Shown here: positions 48,414-58,324 of the stretch, one piece after another
Layout: each line of letters starts with the position of its first letter
Position numbering within the stretch: the stretch's first letter is position 1
Assembly (NCBI GenBank): GCA_963736005.1
Contig: CAVTNB010000001.1
Location: 1,280,001-1,344,000, forward strand
Origin: an uncultured Pseudomonadota bacterium
GTDB taxonomy: Bacteria > Vulcanimicrobiota > Vulcanimicrobiia > Eremiobacterales > Eremiobacteraceae
Length of the DNA stretch: 64,000 bases
Reading direction: 5' to 3'
Translations under genes and position numbers: made by a program
The notes under the pieces: model-generated
Told to the model about the DNA's origin: nothing
Databases searched by the model: none
What the model saw: the letters and a program-made list of their open reading frames with translations, nothing else

Positions 48414-49694
48414 CTACGATGGCGAACGTAGCGCCCGCCAAATCTCTTTCGGCGCGAGCGGCTTGCCATACATGAGCACGCCGATGCGGTACAACTTGGC
48501 AGCAAGAAGCGTGAACAGCCAAATCGCCAGTAGCGAAGCGACGATTGACACCGCGATTTGCCAAAATGGCACGCTTGACGTTGCCACGCGCGTAAACATG
48601 AGCATCGGACTGATGAGTGGGACCATCGAAGCCCAGACTAGAAACGGTTTGTCCGGATCTTGCAACGCGAAAATCGAAAGCAAATACGCGAAGATGATTG
48701 GACCTATCAGGATGCCGTTGCTTTGCTGCACGTCCTCTGCTTTGCTCGCGAGTGCCCCCACGCCGGCAAACAACGTTGCATACGTGAAGAATCCGAGGAG
48801 GAAGAACACGAGCAGGTACACGATGGTTGAGGGCGGCACGGTGGCAATGGCAGTCATGGCTTGCTGTCCTTGAGCGGATGCAGCCGCGCTCAGCGATTGC
48901 ACCTTCGAAGCTTGGCTCAATGCAACGACGACGAGCATCGCGGCTGCAGCCACCGCAAAGATGAGCATTTGCGTGAGCGCGAGCGCGCCAATACCGCCGA
49001 TCTTGCCCGCAAGCAACTGGCCTGGCCGCACGGCAGCGATCATTATCTCCATGACGCGATTGGATTTTTCCTCGATAACGCCCTGAGCCACGTAGACGCC
49101 ATACATGATCACTGAAATGTAGAGCAAGAGCAGCAAGAAATACACAAGACCCTGCGCCAGACCTGCTTCTGCGGCGGACTTGTAGCGAGGGTTGAGATCG
49201 GTTGTCGTGAATGGGAAATTGACGGCCCGCTCGGCAAAAGTCGCGCTTGCGCCGCTGAAATCGGATGCGACCACTGTTTGGAGCAGTTGACGGCGCAGGT
49301 TTTGCTGATCTTCTAAGCTTGCCGATTTGACCGGATAATAGGCAAACGCGAGGGTGTTGTTTTTTTCGCGATAGGCCACGAGCGCCGCATCGTACTTCTT
49401 GAGCATGACTTGCTCTCTTAAGGCTTTGGGGAGATCGGGGCCAAGGCTGTGGTAGGGCGCAACCGTCACTTTGTAGTCCTGGGCAAGCGCGTTTTCCAGC
49501 GACTTGGTGACGGCTGCATCAGGTCCCACGAGCGCAATCGACGTGGTGAACGCGCCGCCCAGCGCGTTCCCGATTACCGAGATGAACGAAAGCGAGATGA
49601 TGCCGATCACCCCAAGAATCGTACCGATGATGAATCCTCGGCTGTGCAAGCGGGTGAGATACTCTCGAGCGGCGAGGATGCCAACCGTACTCAC
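48414..49694 (-). CDS. ABC-2 type exporter permease (NatB/YhaP-like)
   Basis: VIEEKSNRVMEI....P.QLL.GKI; YRIGVLMYGK. Confidence 0.88.
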   Translation of the reverse strand: MSTVGILAAREYLTRLHSRGFIIGTILGVIGIISLSFISVIGNALGGAFTTSIALVGPDAAVTKSLENALAQDYKVTVAPYHSLGPDLPKALREQVMLKKYDAALVAYREKNNTLAFAYYPVKSASLEDQQNLRRQLLQTVVASDFSGASATFAERAVNFPFTTTDLNPRYKSAAEAGLAQGLVYFLLLLLYISVIMYGVYVAQGVIEEKSNRVMEIMIAAVRPGQLLAGKIGGIGALALTQMLIFAVAAAAMLVVVALSQASKVQSLSAAASAQGQQAMTAIATVPPSTIVYLLVFFLLGFFTYATLFAGVGALASKAEDVQQSNGILIGPIIFAYLLSIFALQDPDKPFLVWASMVPLISPMLMFTRVATSSVPFWQIAVSIVASLLAIWLFTLLAAKLYRIGVLMYGKPLAPKEIWRALRSPS

Positions 49695-50593
49695 GTGCGG
49701 GAATCCTCGGGTTTAACGTAGTGAAGGTAAATATCGTTGAGGCTTGGCTCGACGACCTCAAAATGATCCACTGGCCCAGATGCAACGGCAGCGCGCAGCA
49801 CGTCGGATGGGTTCGTCCCCTGGGGAAGCTTTACATCGGCAATGCCGTCAGAACTCGGCCGAACGCTCGCCCCTGAAAAGTTCTCGAGAAAGCTCATATT
49901 TGCAAGACGCGTCATCCGGATAAAGCGATCGGGCCACGCGCGCTTTATCTCGCGAAGGTTACCGCTAACGACACTCTGCGATCGGTCGATGATGCAAATG
50001 TCTTCGCACAATTCCTCTACCTGTTCCATTCGATGGCTCGAGAGCAACACGGCCGTCCCTTCGTCGACCAGTTGGCGAACGGTGTCTTTGACGACTTCCA
50101 CATTGATTGGATCGAAACCCGAGAAAGGCTCATCAAGCACGAGTAGCGGCGGGCGATGCAAAATTGCAGCAATGAACTGGACTTTTTGCTGGTTGCCTTT
50201 AGATAGTTCGTTCGGCGTGGCTTTGACTTTGTCGCCCAAACCGAAGGAATCAAAGAGCTCGGCAATGCGTTTGCGCGCGTCGGCTGGGTCCATGCCGTGC
50301 AATCGCCCGAAGAAAAGCAGCTGGTCGGTAATCTTCATCTTGGGGTACAGACCGCGCTCCTCAGGAAGATAGCCAAAGGAGTGGCGGAGTCGAGCGTCGA
50401 CCCGCTGGCCGTTCCAACGCACCTCGCCGCTGTCGGGCGTGAGGATGTCCAAGATCATGCGAAGCGTCGTCGTCTTGCCCGCACCGTTTGGGCCAAGCAA
50501 ACCGAAGACGGCTCCCTCGCGCGCGGAAAACGAAAGATCGCTGACCGCGCGAACCTGGCCGAAGGACTTGGAAACGTGGTTGACTTCGAGCAT
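49691..50593 (-). CDS. ABC exporter ATP-binding protein (YhaQ-like)
   Basis: GPNGAGKTT, GYLPEERGLY, LSKGNQQK, LDEPFSG. Confidence 0.93.
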   Translation of the reverse strand: MLEVNHVSKSFGQVRAVSDLSFSAREGAVFGLLGPNGAGKTTTLRMILDILTPDSGEVRWNGQRVDARLRHSFGYLPEERGLYPKMKITDQLLFFGRLHGMDPADARKRIAELFDSFGLGDKVKATPNELSKGNQQKVQFIAAILHRPPLLVLDEPFSGFDPINVEVVKDTVRQLVDEGTAVLLSSHRMEQVEELCEDICIIDRSQSVVSGNLREIKRAWPDRFIRMTRLANMSFLENFSGASVRPSSDGIADVKLPQGTNPSDVLRAAVASGPVDHFEVVEPSLNDIYLHYVKPEDSRT

Positions 50594-50607
50594 GCTCTCC
50601 CGCTAAC

Positions 50608-50654
50608 GTAGCAGCGGACCTTTAGGTCCGCTCCCGGGAACCTTTAGGTCCGCT
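50608..50654 (+). repeat. Family A REP plus tandem partial copy
   Basis: GTAGCAGCGGACCTTTAGGTCCGCT followed by ACCTTTAGGTCCGCT. Confidence 0.85.
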
Positions 50655-51777
50655 CTCCAACCGGCCCTTCTCCGGCTGCTTTGTCGATGCGCAACTGACC
50701 GCAGGCTGCCGCGATGTCGTCGCCCATGGTATGCCGGATCGTTGTCGGAACCCCTCGCTCGCGCAAGAGATCTCGAAAGCGCTGGATCCGCGCGATCTGA
50801 CTGCGCTCGTACGAAGCATCGGTTGCGTTGTAAGGGATCAGATTGACGTGATGAAGCGGGCCACCGAGCAAGTCCGCCAAGCGACGAGCGTCGTCGAGGC
50901 GATCGTTCACTTGCGAAAGCATGAAGTATTCATAAAAAATCTTGCGGCGGGTGCGTTCGACGTATTGGTATGCAGTCGCCAATAACGCTTCTAATCGGCC
51001 ACTTCTTGTTGATGGGCATCAGGCGAGTGCGCAACTCGTCATCGGCGGCGTGCAGCGAGATTGCCAGATTGACCTGGATGTCCTCGGCCGTAAAGCGCTC
51101 GATGCCAGGCACGACGCCCGCGGTCGATATGGTCATGTGCCGTGCGCCGAGACCGAATCCGTTCGGATCGTTGATGAGCGCGACCGAATCCATCACCGCG
51201 TCATAGTTGAGAAATGGTTCGCCCATGCCCATGAACACCAGATTTGTAAGCACCTTGCCTTCATCGCGCGCGCGGCGCGCGACGAAGATCGACTTGGTCG
51301 AAAATTTCCAACGCAGAGAGGTTGCGAAAGAAGCCGCCTTGCCCTGTGGCGCAAAAATCGCAGCGCAGCGCGCAGCCGGCCTGCGAGGAAATGCACGCGG
51401 TCGTGCGCCCGCCGCGGTGACGCATGAGCACCGCTTCCACCTGATTACCACCGCGTAGATCGAAAAGAAACTTCGTTGTTTGCGCATCACCCGACGTTGC
51501 TTCGGCAGACAAAGAAACGCTGGCAAACGAAAGATCGCTGGCCAAGCGAGTACGCAAGTCCAGCGGCAGGACGCTGACGGTTTTTGGATCGGCGATGCAG
51601 CTCCTTGGTTGCGGCGCGGTAGATTTGACTCAATCGATACGCGGGCAAACCAAGAGAATGTTGAAGACTGCCGGCACTGTCGAGGCCGCGCTCCTTGGCC
51701 TGAGCGGCCCACCAAATCATCTTGGCGTCTCGATTTGGTGCTGCCGGTGCGGCAACTACTGGCACTGTCTTGCTCAT
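50644..51777 (-). CDS. rlmN: 23S rRNA/tRNA m2A methyltransferase RlmN (several apparent frameshifts)
   Basis: CISSQAGCALRCDFC, VFMGMGEPFLN, LAISLHA, VNLIPYN, DIAAACGQL across frames. Confidence 0.9.
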
Positions 51778-52465
51778 TGAAAATCAAATTGGAGTGCAGC
51801 AGGCGCGGCTTCCGGCTCCTGCGCTTCCGCTGCGTCGGAGGTTCCATGCGCTACTTGGTCGAGCTTTGCCTTAACAGCAAGCAAATCCGACCAGACGAGT
51901 TTCTTCACCGCGTTGATGTTACCGCCAGTCAGACGCAAGATATATGCCGGATGAAACGTGACCATGAGGTCGGTGCCGAAGGGGCCCGGGTACCAAATGC
52001 CGCGCTGTCGCGTGATGGAAAAGTCGCGGCCTAGGAACGATTTCGCTGCCGGCGCGCCCAAGGCGAGAATGACCCGCGGCGCAATGATGGTCAGTTCGCT
52101 GTCCAAGTACTCCCGGCAATTCGCCATCTCTTCGGGCATCGGCGCGCGATTGGCACGTCTGCCAGTTTCGTCCGTCGTCGCGCGGCATTTGATGGTGTTT
52201 GTGATGAACACGTCCTCGCGCCGCAAATCAATGGCCGCGAGCATCTTGTTGAGCAGTTCGCCGGCGCGGCCGACAAACGGCTCTCCTTGCGGTCCTCTGT
52301 TCTCGCCGGGCCCTTCGCCGACGATGACAAGCCGCGAAGCCGGATTCCGACGCCGCACACGACTTTTGTGCGCGTGTAGCCGATCTGGCAGCGCCGGCAC
52401 GCTTCGACGACGCCAGTGCAAGCTGGGCGAGCGCGTTCCTGCCGCTCTTCTAATGATAGATCCAC
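51774..52465 (-). CDS. Uracil-DNA glycosylase family 4 (frameshifted N-terminus)
   Basis: CRRC, GEGPG, GEPFVGRAGELL, TN.IKCR, TFHPAYILR. Confidence 0.88.
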
Positions 52466-53385
52466 GCCATGCCCCAAAAGGAGTGCCAACTCCGCGCGAC
52501 GACGAGGACGAGCGCGACGATGAGCGCGGCATAGAGGACATACCGCAACAGCTAAGGCCGCCGACAGCGACCAATACCAGGCCAGGCCATGATGTTTGAT
52601 CCAATACAGCCGCCGGCTGCGCTGGCGCCAGTTGAGCACGCCGAGCCGTCCCCAGCGTTTGCGGCTGCCGCCCCGCTCGACTTGTGCGTCGCCACGCATT
52701 GCGGCAAGATAGACGACCCGTCCGCCCGCGGTCGCGCAGGCGATGCGCGAAGTCGATTTCCTCATGATAGAGGAAGAAACGTTCGTCGAAGCCGCCCAGG
52801 CATCGAAGATGTCTGCGCGGATGAACATGGCGGCGCCGACGACGAGGTCGACGTCGCGCTCGGTCGAGTAGTCCCAATTGCGTAGCCCATAGCCGTTGGA
52901 TTGCGCGCGAAACCACGGCAGCTCGCCCCACGCTGAGCTGCGCAGAGAACGCCTGCCACCACGTGTCGAACTCACCGCACGACGCTGCCGTCGTGCCGTC
53001 CTCGTTTTGAGCAGCTTGGCCCCGGCCATGGCGACGTCCGGGTGCGCGTCGAAATAGTCACGGCGTTGCGCGAGCAGCCCGGCGTGCGCTCGCGCATCCG
53101 GATTGAAGAAGAAAAGGAGCGGCGTTGTTGCCGCGCGCGCGCCGATATTGCATGCCTTTGCAAAGCCGAGATTCGCGCCATTCTCGATGATCGTCGAGCC
53201 GTGGGAACACGCGCTCTTGGCGCGGGCGACGCTATCGTCGCGCCGAACCGTTGTCAGAGACAATGACCTCGCGCGAAACCAGGCATCCGCCTGGTACTTC
53301 GGGCAGCGTCGGCGATCGAACGCAGGCCGCCTCAAGCTCGTCGGCTGCATTGTAACTGACCACGATGACCGATAACGCGCGGCAC
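52450..53385 (-). CDS. Glycosyltransferase family 2 (several apparent frameshifts)
   Basis: LSVIVVSYN, NLGFAKACN.GA, FFNPD, VVGAAM, GGFDERFFLYHEE.D across frames. Confidence 0.82.
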
Positions 53386-53400
53386 CACCTTCGTTTCGCT

Positions 53401-53429
53401 AAAAAAAACGAGCGCCTTGTTGACGCTCG
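53401..53429 (-). terminator. Intrinsic terminator
   Basis: Minus strand CGAGCG-loop-CGCTCG followed by T8, downstream of the DUF1858-like gene. Confidence 0.75.
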
Positions 53430-53454
53430 GGGGTGATCTCTTGGTTCTACCTTT

Positions 53455-53480
53455 GTAGGGGGCGATTGGAAAATCGCCCC
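53455..53480 (+). repeat. Family B REP
   Basis: GTAGGGGGCGATTGGAAAATCGCCCC, the exact reverse complement of 14865-14890. Confidence 0.85.
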
Positions 53481-53486
53481 TCTGGG

Positions 53487-53732
53487 TTACGAAGCTTTCT
53501 GAGCCTCCTCGAGCGCCGGCAAAGCGTTGAGCGCGTCCAGGATCATGTCTAGCGGGATTCCGTAACCTTCGCTCACTTGCTCGATCGTCTCGAATTCAGA
53601 GATCGCGCAGTGGGCGCATCCTCCTAGGTGAAAGTTGGCGAAGACTGCTCTCGCACCGGGGTGGAGAGCAAAGGCTTCGCCGACTGTCAGATCTTGGTGA
53701 AATAACTTACTGTCTGTAGTGACGGCGACCAC
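53487..53732 (-). CDS. DUF1858-like small CxxC protein
   Basis: TVGE....HP....VF....LGGCAHC.....ETIEQ....YGI..D..L..LN. Confidence 0.7.
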   Translation of the reverse strand: MVAVTTDSKLFHQDLTVGEAFALHPGARAVFANFHLGGCAHCAISEFETIEQVSEGYGIPLDMILDALNALPALEEAQKAS

Positions 53733-53845
53733 CCCCTTCTCCCGTCGTGTGCCGCCTTTTTGTCTCGTTGTATAGCGGCAACCGCAGGTTCGATACATCC
53801 ATAGTATTCGGTCGTTTCCGGGCCAAACCTGCAGCGCAAAAAGAC

Positions 53846-54670
53846 CTACTCAGACGGGAAGAGAGCATCCAGATCGGCATGCGACATGCGCTCGCCGAGG
53901 AAGTCAAAATTTCCGCCGTCTCGCAGCAAAATGGCGGCGGCGCGAAATTTCGCAAGCGCGTATCCGATTGCTCCCGATCCAACGCTCACCCGCGCGACGC
54001 CGAGAGCGCGCAGACGATCGATCGATGGCGCTCTTGCAGACGCGAGGATGTTGAGGGGTCCTGGGATTGCGGAAACCAGCGCGGCAATCGTTGCCTCATC
54101 GCTCACGCCGGGAACAAATATACAATCTGCGCCGGCTTTGAGATAGTGGTTGCCTCTCCGAATCGCCTCTTCGAGGCGCCATGCATCGGAGCTGCCGACG
54201 TTCGCCAAGAAGACATCAGTTCGCGCATTAATCACGAGGTTCACGCCGTGCTCGCCCGCCACGCTGCGCATCGCTCCGATGCGCTCGACCTGTCGATCCA
54301 TGTCGATCAGCGCATCGCCTTGCGCCTGGCCATCTTCAAAGTTCAGTCCAACAGCGCCAGCGCGAATGGCTCCGCTTGCCGTCTGCATGGCGTTTTGTAC
54401 CGTGGACCCGTAACCGCCCTCGAGGTCCGCCGTAACAGGAACTCTAACGGCGCGCGCGATGCGCTCCACGCGCGCAAGCATGTGGTCGCGAGAGATGCGT
54501 TGACCGTCTGCGTACCCTTCCACCCAGGCCACCCCCGCGCTGGTGGTGGCAATGGCCGGAAAGCCAAGCTCTTCAATGATGCGTGCGCTGACCGCATCCC
54601 ACGCGTTCACCAAAATGAGCGGGTGTCCGGTCAGATGCAGCGCGCGCAGTTGCTCTGATTTCTCATTCAT
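53846..54670 (-). CDS. Isocitrate lyase/PEP mutase family protein
   Basis: NAWDAVSA, ATTSAGVA, DLEGGYG, GLNFED, INARTD, AGADCIFVP. Confidence 0.92.
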   Translation of the reverse strand: MNEKSEQLRALHLTGHPLILVNAWDAVSARIIEELGFPAIATTSAGVAWVEGYADGQRISRDHMLARVERIARAVRVPVTADLEGGYGSTVQNAMQTASGAIRAGAVGLNFEDGQAQGDALIDMDRQVERIGAMRSVAGEHGVNLVINARTDVFLANVGSSDAWRLEEAIRRGNHYLKAGADCIFVPGVSDEATIAALVSAIPGPLNILASARAPSIDRLRALGVARVSVGSGAIGYALAKFRAAAILLRDGGNFDFLGERMSHADLDALFPSE

Positions 54671-54686
54671 GGACGGTTTTAGCATG

Positions 54687-55791
54687 TTACGCGGCCGTGG
54701 TGCGGCGGCGTTGCTGCAGATAGGCCCACATGAATTGGTCAATATCTCCATCCAGCACGGCTTGCGCGTTCGGCACTTTGACCTCAGTCCGGTGATCGTT
54801 CACCATCGTATATGGCTGGAGGGTATAGGAACGGATCTGGCTTCCCCATTCAATCGCGCTCTTTTCTCCACCCAGAGCCGCAAGCTTTGCGGCACGCTCT
54901 TCGCGATCGCGGGCCAGCAGCTTTGCGGCGAGCATCTTCATCGCCCGGTTGCGATTTGCCAGCTGGGAGCGCTCGTTTTGACAGGCGACGATGATGCCTG
55001 ACGGCTTGTGAATGATGCGCACGGCGCTTTCGGTCTTATTGACGTATTGGCCGCCGGCTCCGCCGCTCTTATAGGTCTCGATGTCGATCTCGTCGGGTTT
55101 GATTTCGATTTCTTCGCCCTCTTCCACATCGGGGACGACGTCGACCGAGGCAAACGACGTGTGCCGGCGCTTGTTTGCGTCAAACGGTGAAATCCGCACC
55201 AGGCGGTGGACCCCTCGCTCGCTCTCAAGGTAGCCATAGGCGTTGGGACCTTGCACGAGCAGCGTGGCGCTCTTGAGGCCGGCTTCTTCGCCCTCAAGGG
55301 AATCAAGCAACTGGGCGCGGTAGCCGTGCCGCTCGGCCCAACGAATGTACATGCGCAATAGCATGGAGGTCCAGTCCATTGCTTCGGTGCCTCCGGCGCC
55401 TGCATGGATCGTGACAATGGCATCGTGTCGGTCGAACTCGCCATCGAGCACCGCGGTCATCTCCGCTTCGTCGACGCCTGCTCGCAGTTTCTCAAGTTCT
55501 CCCGCAATTTCGGTTTCGAGTGTGTCATCCGAGCCTCCAAGCGCGATAAATTCACCGAGCTCGCGAGCCTTGTCGCTCAGCGCTTTGAGCTGATCGATCT
55601 CAAGCCGAAGCGACGCAAGCTCTTTCATACGCACTTGCGCTGCCGTCGAGTCGTTCCAGAATGAGGGATCGTGAGTTTGCTTGTCGAGCTCGTCGATCTG
55701 GCGGAGTTTGCCTACGTAGTCAAAGCCGCACTTGCAATGTTTGCAAGCGATCCGTGACTCGTTCTAATTCTGTGTGAAGTTGCTCGTTCAT
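54687..55791 (-). CDS. prfB: Peptide chain release factor 2 (programmed +1 frameshift)
   Basis: ATG 55791 reads MNEQ...VRL, then CTT TGA C; the +1 frame gives DYVGK..DPSFWND; SPF and GGQ motifs. Confidence 0.96.
55719..55725 (-). promoter_or_regulatory. RF2 autoregulatory frameshift site CTTTGAC
   Basis: Canonical slippery heptamer about 23 codons into prfB. Confidence 0.92.
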
Positions 55792-55842
55792 AAGGCATGT
55801 GGGTTCTCTCTTTGTAGGGCCGGTCCATTCGATGCGCTTTGC

Positions 55843-57261
55843 CTAAAATGCGCCCGTGCCGTTTGGCGTGCCACCGCCTGTTGGCCCGTCGAATCCGCTT
55901 ATCGCATTGCACAGGTAGGTACCGCCGCATGTTCCGTTCGAGCCACTTGTGATGTCGAAGAGCGCGCTTGTGTGATTGTAGGAATACGACCCGTATGAAG
56001 CTGACGCGCCGTTGCCGGCGAGCGCGTAGACTGCGGCAATGATTGGCGTGGACGCACTTGTGCCTCCAAACACACACCAGGCCGAACAGCCTTTGCTCCC
56101 ACCAAAGGTATCGTAGACCGCCACTCCGGTGTTTGGATCGGCAACTGCCGCAACGTCATTATCGATTCGCGTGGAACAAGTGTTGCTGTAGGCTTTGCCG
56201 AGGTTCACCTGCCACGTGGGTTGGGCGATGTAACGGCTGCAACCACTCCCTGTTCCGCTCCAAACGGTTTCAGATCGCGTTGGCAAGATGGAGAGCGACG
56301 TTCCACCGACAGCGGTCACGTAGCGCGATGACGATGGGAACCCGGCGTCAGCCGAGTTGTAGCCGCTATCTCCGCTGGCGACGGTGATCATTACGCCCGG
56401 ATGGTTGAAATAACTCTCGTCAGATGTTTCAGTCGGATATTCATTTCCGTTCCAACTGTTTGAGATCACGTTTGTATGGCACATCGTCACTGCCGTGTCT
56501 TCAGCGGTGTACAAATCAGTGCCGCTCTCGCTCGCCGCTTCCAGCAACACAATGTGACAGTTGGGACAGATTGCCGACGCCATGTCGAGATCGAGTGATT
56601 CCTCCGCCTCCCAGCCCCCGGTTGAGTCGGTACCCGGCAAGGGCGAGGTACTTCCGGATTCATTGACCTTCAAGAAGCAACCGTTGGCGGTCGTACATGC
56701 CGGCAGCGCGAACGTTGCGCGGTAGACACCTAGGTCGCTCTCTGCTTTGGGATCATCGTAGGCATCGACGATGGCTACTGTTTGCGAGCCGCCGTTTGCG
56801 CTTGCAGACGCAGTCAGATTGTAGGCGGACTGCAGGTCTGCAGGGGCATAGCCTGCGGGACCGGAGATCAAGGGCCGCGCAATGTCAGTGCGGATCCAAG
56901 CCATGCAGCGCATGTGACCGGGTGCCAGACTTGGGCACACGCGTGCCGCAGGGCCGCGCCCGATGCGTGCTGGGATACGACCCACCGCTCGCTGTAGCGC
57001 GAAGACCAGGAATGTCGCGCTGTGCCGCGCAGCCGAACAGGCAACGGGCGAAGGTGAAGGTGACGGAGTTAGCGTGGGTGTCTGGGTGGGCGTTGGAGAT
57101 GCTTGGACGCCTTGAGGCGGCGGCGGCATTGCTGCCCCGCTCCCACCGCCTCCTCCGCACGCGACCGCGGTCGCCGAAAGCAATGCAGCGAGCCAAAGCA
57201 TGCAGACGATGCGGTACCGATAGAGCACGTTTCCATAACTGCGATGAAGCACGATCTTCAC
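55843..57261 (-). CDS. Secreted S53/S8 (sedolisin-like) serine peptidase, probable lipoprotein
   Basis: AVACGGGG lipobox, Pro/Thr linker, EESLD, SNSW, VASGDSG, GGTS, GFDGPTGGGTPNG. Confidence 0.88.
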   Translation of the reverse strand: MKIVLHRSYGNVLYRYRIVCMLWLAALLSATAVACGGGGGSGAAMPPPPQGVQASPTPTQTPTLTPSPSPSPVACSAARHSATFLVFALQRAVGRIPARIGRGPAARVCPSLAPGHMRCMAWIRTDIARPLISGPAGYAPADLQSAYNLTASASANGGSQTVAIVDAYDDPKAESDLGVYRATFALPACTTANGCFLKVNESGSTSPLPGTDSTGGWEAEESLDLDMASAICPNCHIVLLEAASESGTDLYTAEDTAVTMCHTNVISNSWNGNEYPTETSDESYFNHPGVMITVASGDSGYNSADAGFPSSSRYVTAVGGTSLSILPTRSETVWSGTGSGCSRYIAQPTWQVNLGKAYSNTCSTRIDNDVAAVADPNTGVAVYDTFGGSKGCSAWCVFGGTSASTPIIAAVYALAGNGASASYGSYSYNHTSALFDITSGSNGTCGGTYLCNAISGFDGPTGGGTPNGTGAF

Positions 57262-57368
57262 ACCCGATACCCTGTTTCAACATTATCGGGTGATTATCGG
57301 TCCATTGTTTTGTGTTTGAACTCACAGAAGGCTAACTCTTGAACCCGAAATAGAATTGGCTCTGACGG

Positions 57369-57393
57369 AGCGGACCTAAAGGTCCGCTGCTAC
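57369..57393 (-). repeat. Family A REP
   Basis: Exact reverse complement of GTAGCAGCGGACCTTTAGGTCCGCT. Confidence 0.85.
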
Positions 57394-57458
57394 ATTGATC
57401 GTGTTCGAATTACCATTCGATATGAACTAAGGGGGCCCGGTTCCCAGGAGTTTCGCCA

Positions 57459-58145
57459 TCAGGCCTTGCCCGCGAGCGAGCGCATCGAGGCGTCGAATCC
57501 ATCGTTCGACGGGTACCAGTCAACACCGCGACCGGCCGGCGTGAGATCGAGTAAATGCCACGTCGGACAGAGCAAGTCGATCCCGCGCTCGCGGTCCTCC
57601 AGCATCGGGTGCGCGGTGTAAACGTGACGCACGCGGTCGCCCTCTTTCGCGAAGACGACGACCGTCGAATCGGGATTGCCCTCGGCATCCTCGGCGTCGA
57701 TGTCTTGTGCGAAGGCCGGCCCGTCGTCGGAGAGCAAGCGCAGGCGATGCCACTCGCGGTGCGCTCCCCACTCTCGGAGTCGGTCGATCGGGGCTCGGGA
57801 TGCAATGACGAAGTTCGCCCGCTGCGTGAGGTGCGGCGCTATACCGTTGAATCCGTCGATCCACATCGAGCACATGGGGCAGAAGGAATCGTCCTTCGCC
57901 CAGTACATCAAATGGTAGAGAATCAAGTACGGCTTTTCGCCGGCAAACAGCTCCGATAAGTGGACGTGATTGCCGTTCTCTATGAACGTGTAATCGGGGA
58001 CGACAGGCCCCAGTGGCAGGTCGCGGCGCATCGCAGCCACCGCTTCGATGCGATCGCGCAACTCGATCTCCGCCGCGCGTAAACGATCGCGCGAACGGCG
58101 ATACGCCTCGTCGGCGCCGGGCATCACGATGCTTGAATCCGCCAT
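57459..58145 (-). CDS. DUF899 thioredoxin-like protein
   Basis: RRDLP.G, LSELF, YHLM, CPMCS...DG, LDLTPAGRG..WYP. Confidence 0.88.
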   Translation of the reverse strand: MADSSIVMPGADEAYRRSRDRLRAAEIELRDRIEAVAAMRRDLPLGPVVPDYTFIENGNHVHLSELFAGEKPYLILYHLMYWAKDDSFCPMCSMWIDGFNGIAPHLTQRANFVIASRAPIDRLREWGAHREWHRLRLLSDDGPAFAQDIDAEDAEGNPDSTVVVFAKEGDRVRHVYTAHPMLEDRERGIDLLCPTWHLLDLTPAGRGVDWYPSNDGFDASMRSLAGKA

Positions 58146-58324
58146 TTCATTTCCTTTCGTGCTTGCGCTTGAGGGTTGTCAAGTCCGCGCGCGATGCGTG
58201 CGACTCCTCTTGGAAGTTGCACGAACGAGCTCCGTGCCAAGGCGAACGTCCGGCTCACTCATGCGTTCGCCTAAACCACCACTCCTTACCGACGAAAAGG
58301 CATGGGTTGACCGGGGGCTGAGCC

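Noticed and set aside
41200..53400. Programmed frameshifting or alternative genetic code as the cause of split genes
   Set aside because: The breaks are indels at varied, non-slippery sites clustered in one block; other genes use the standard code with normal stops.
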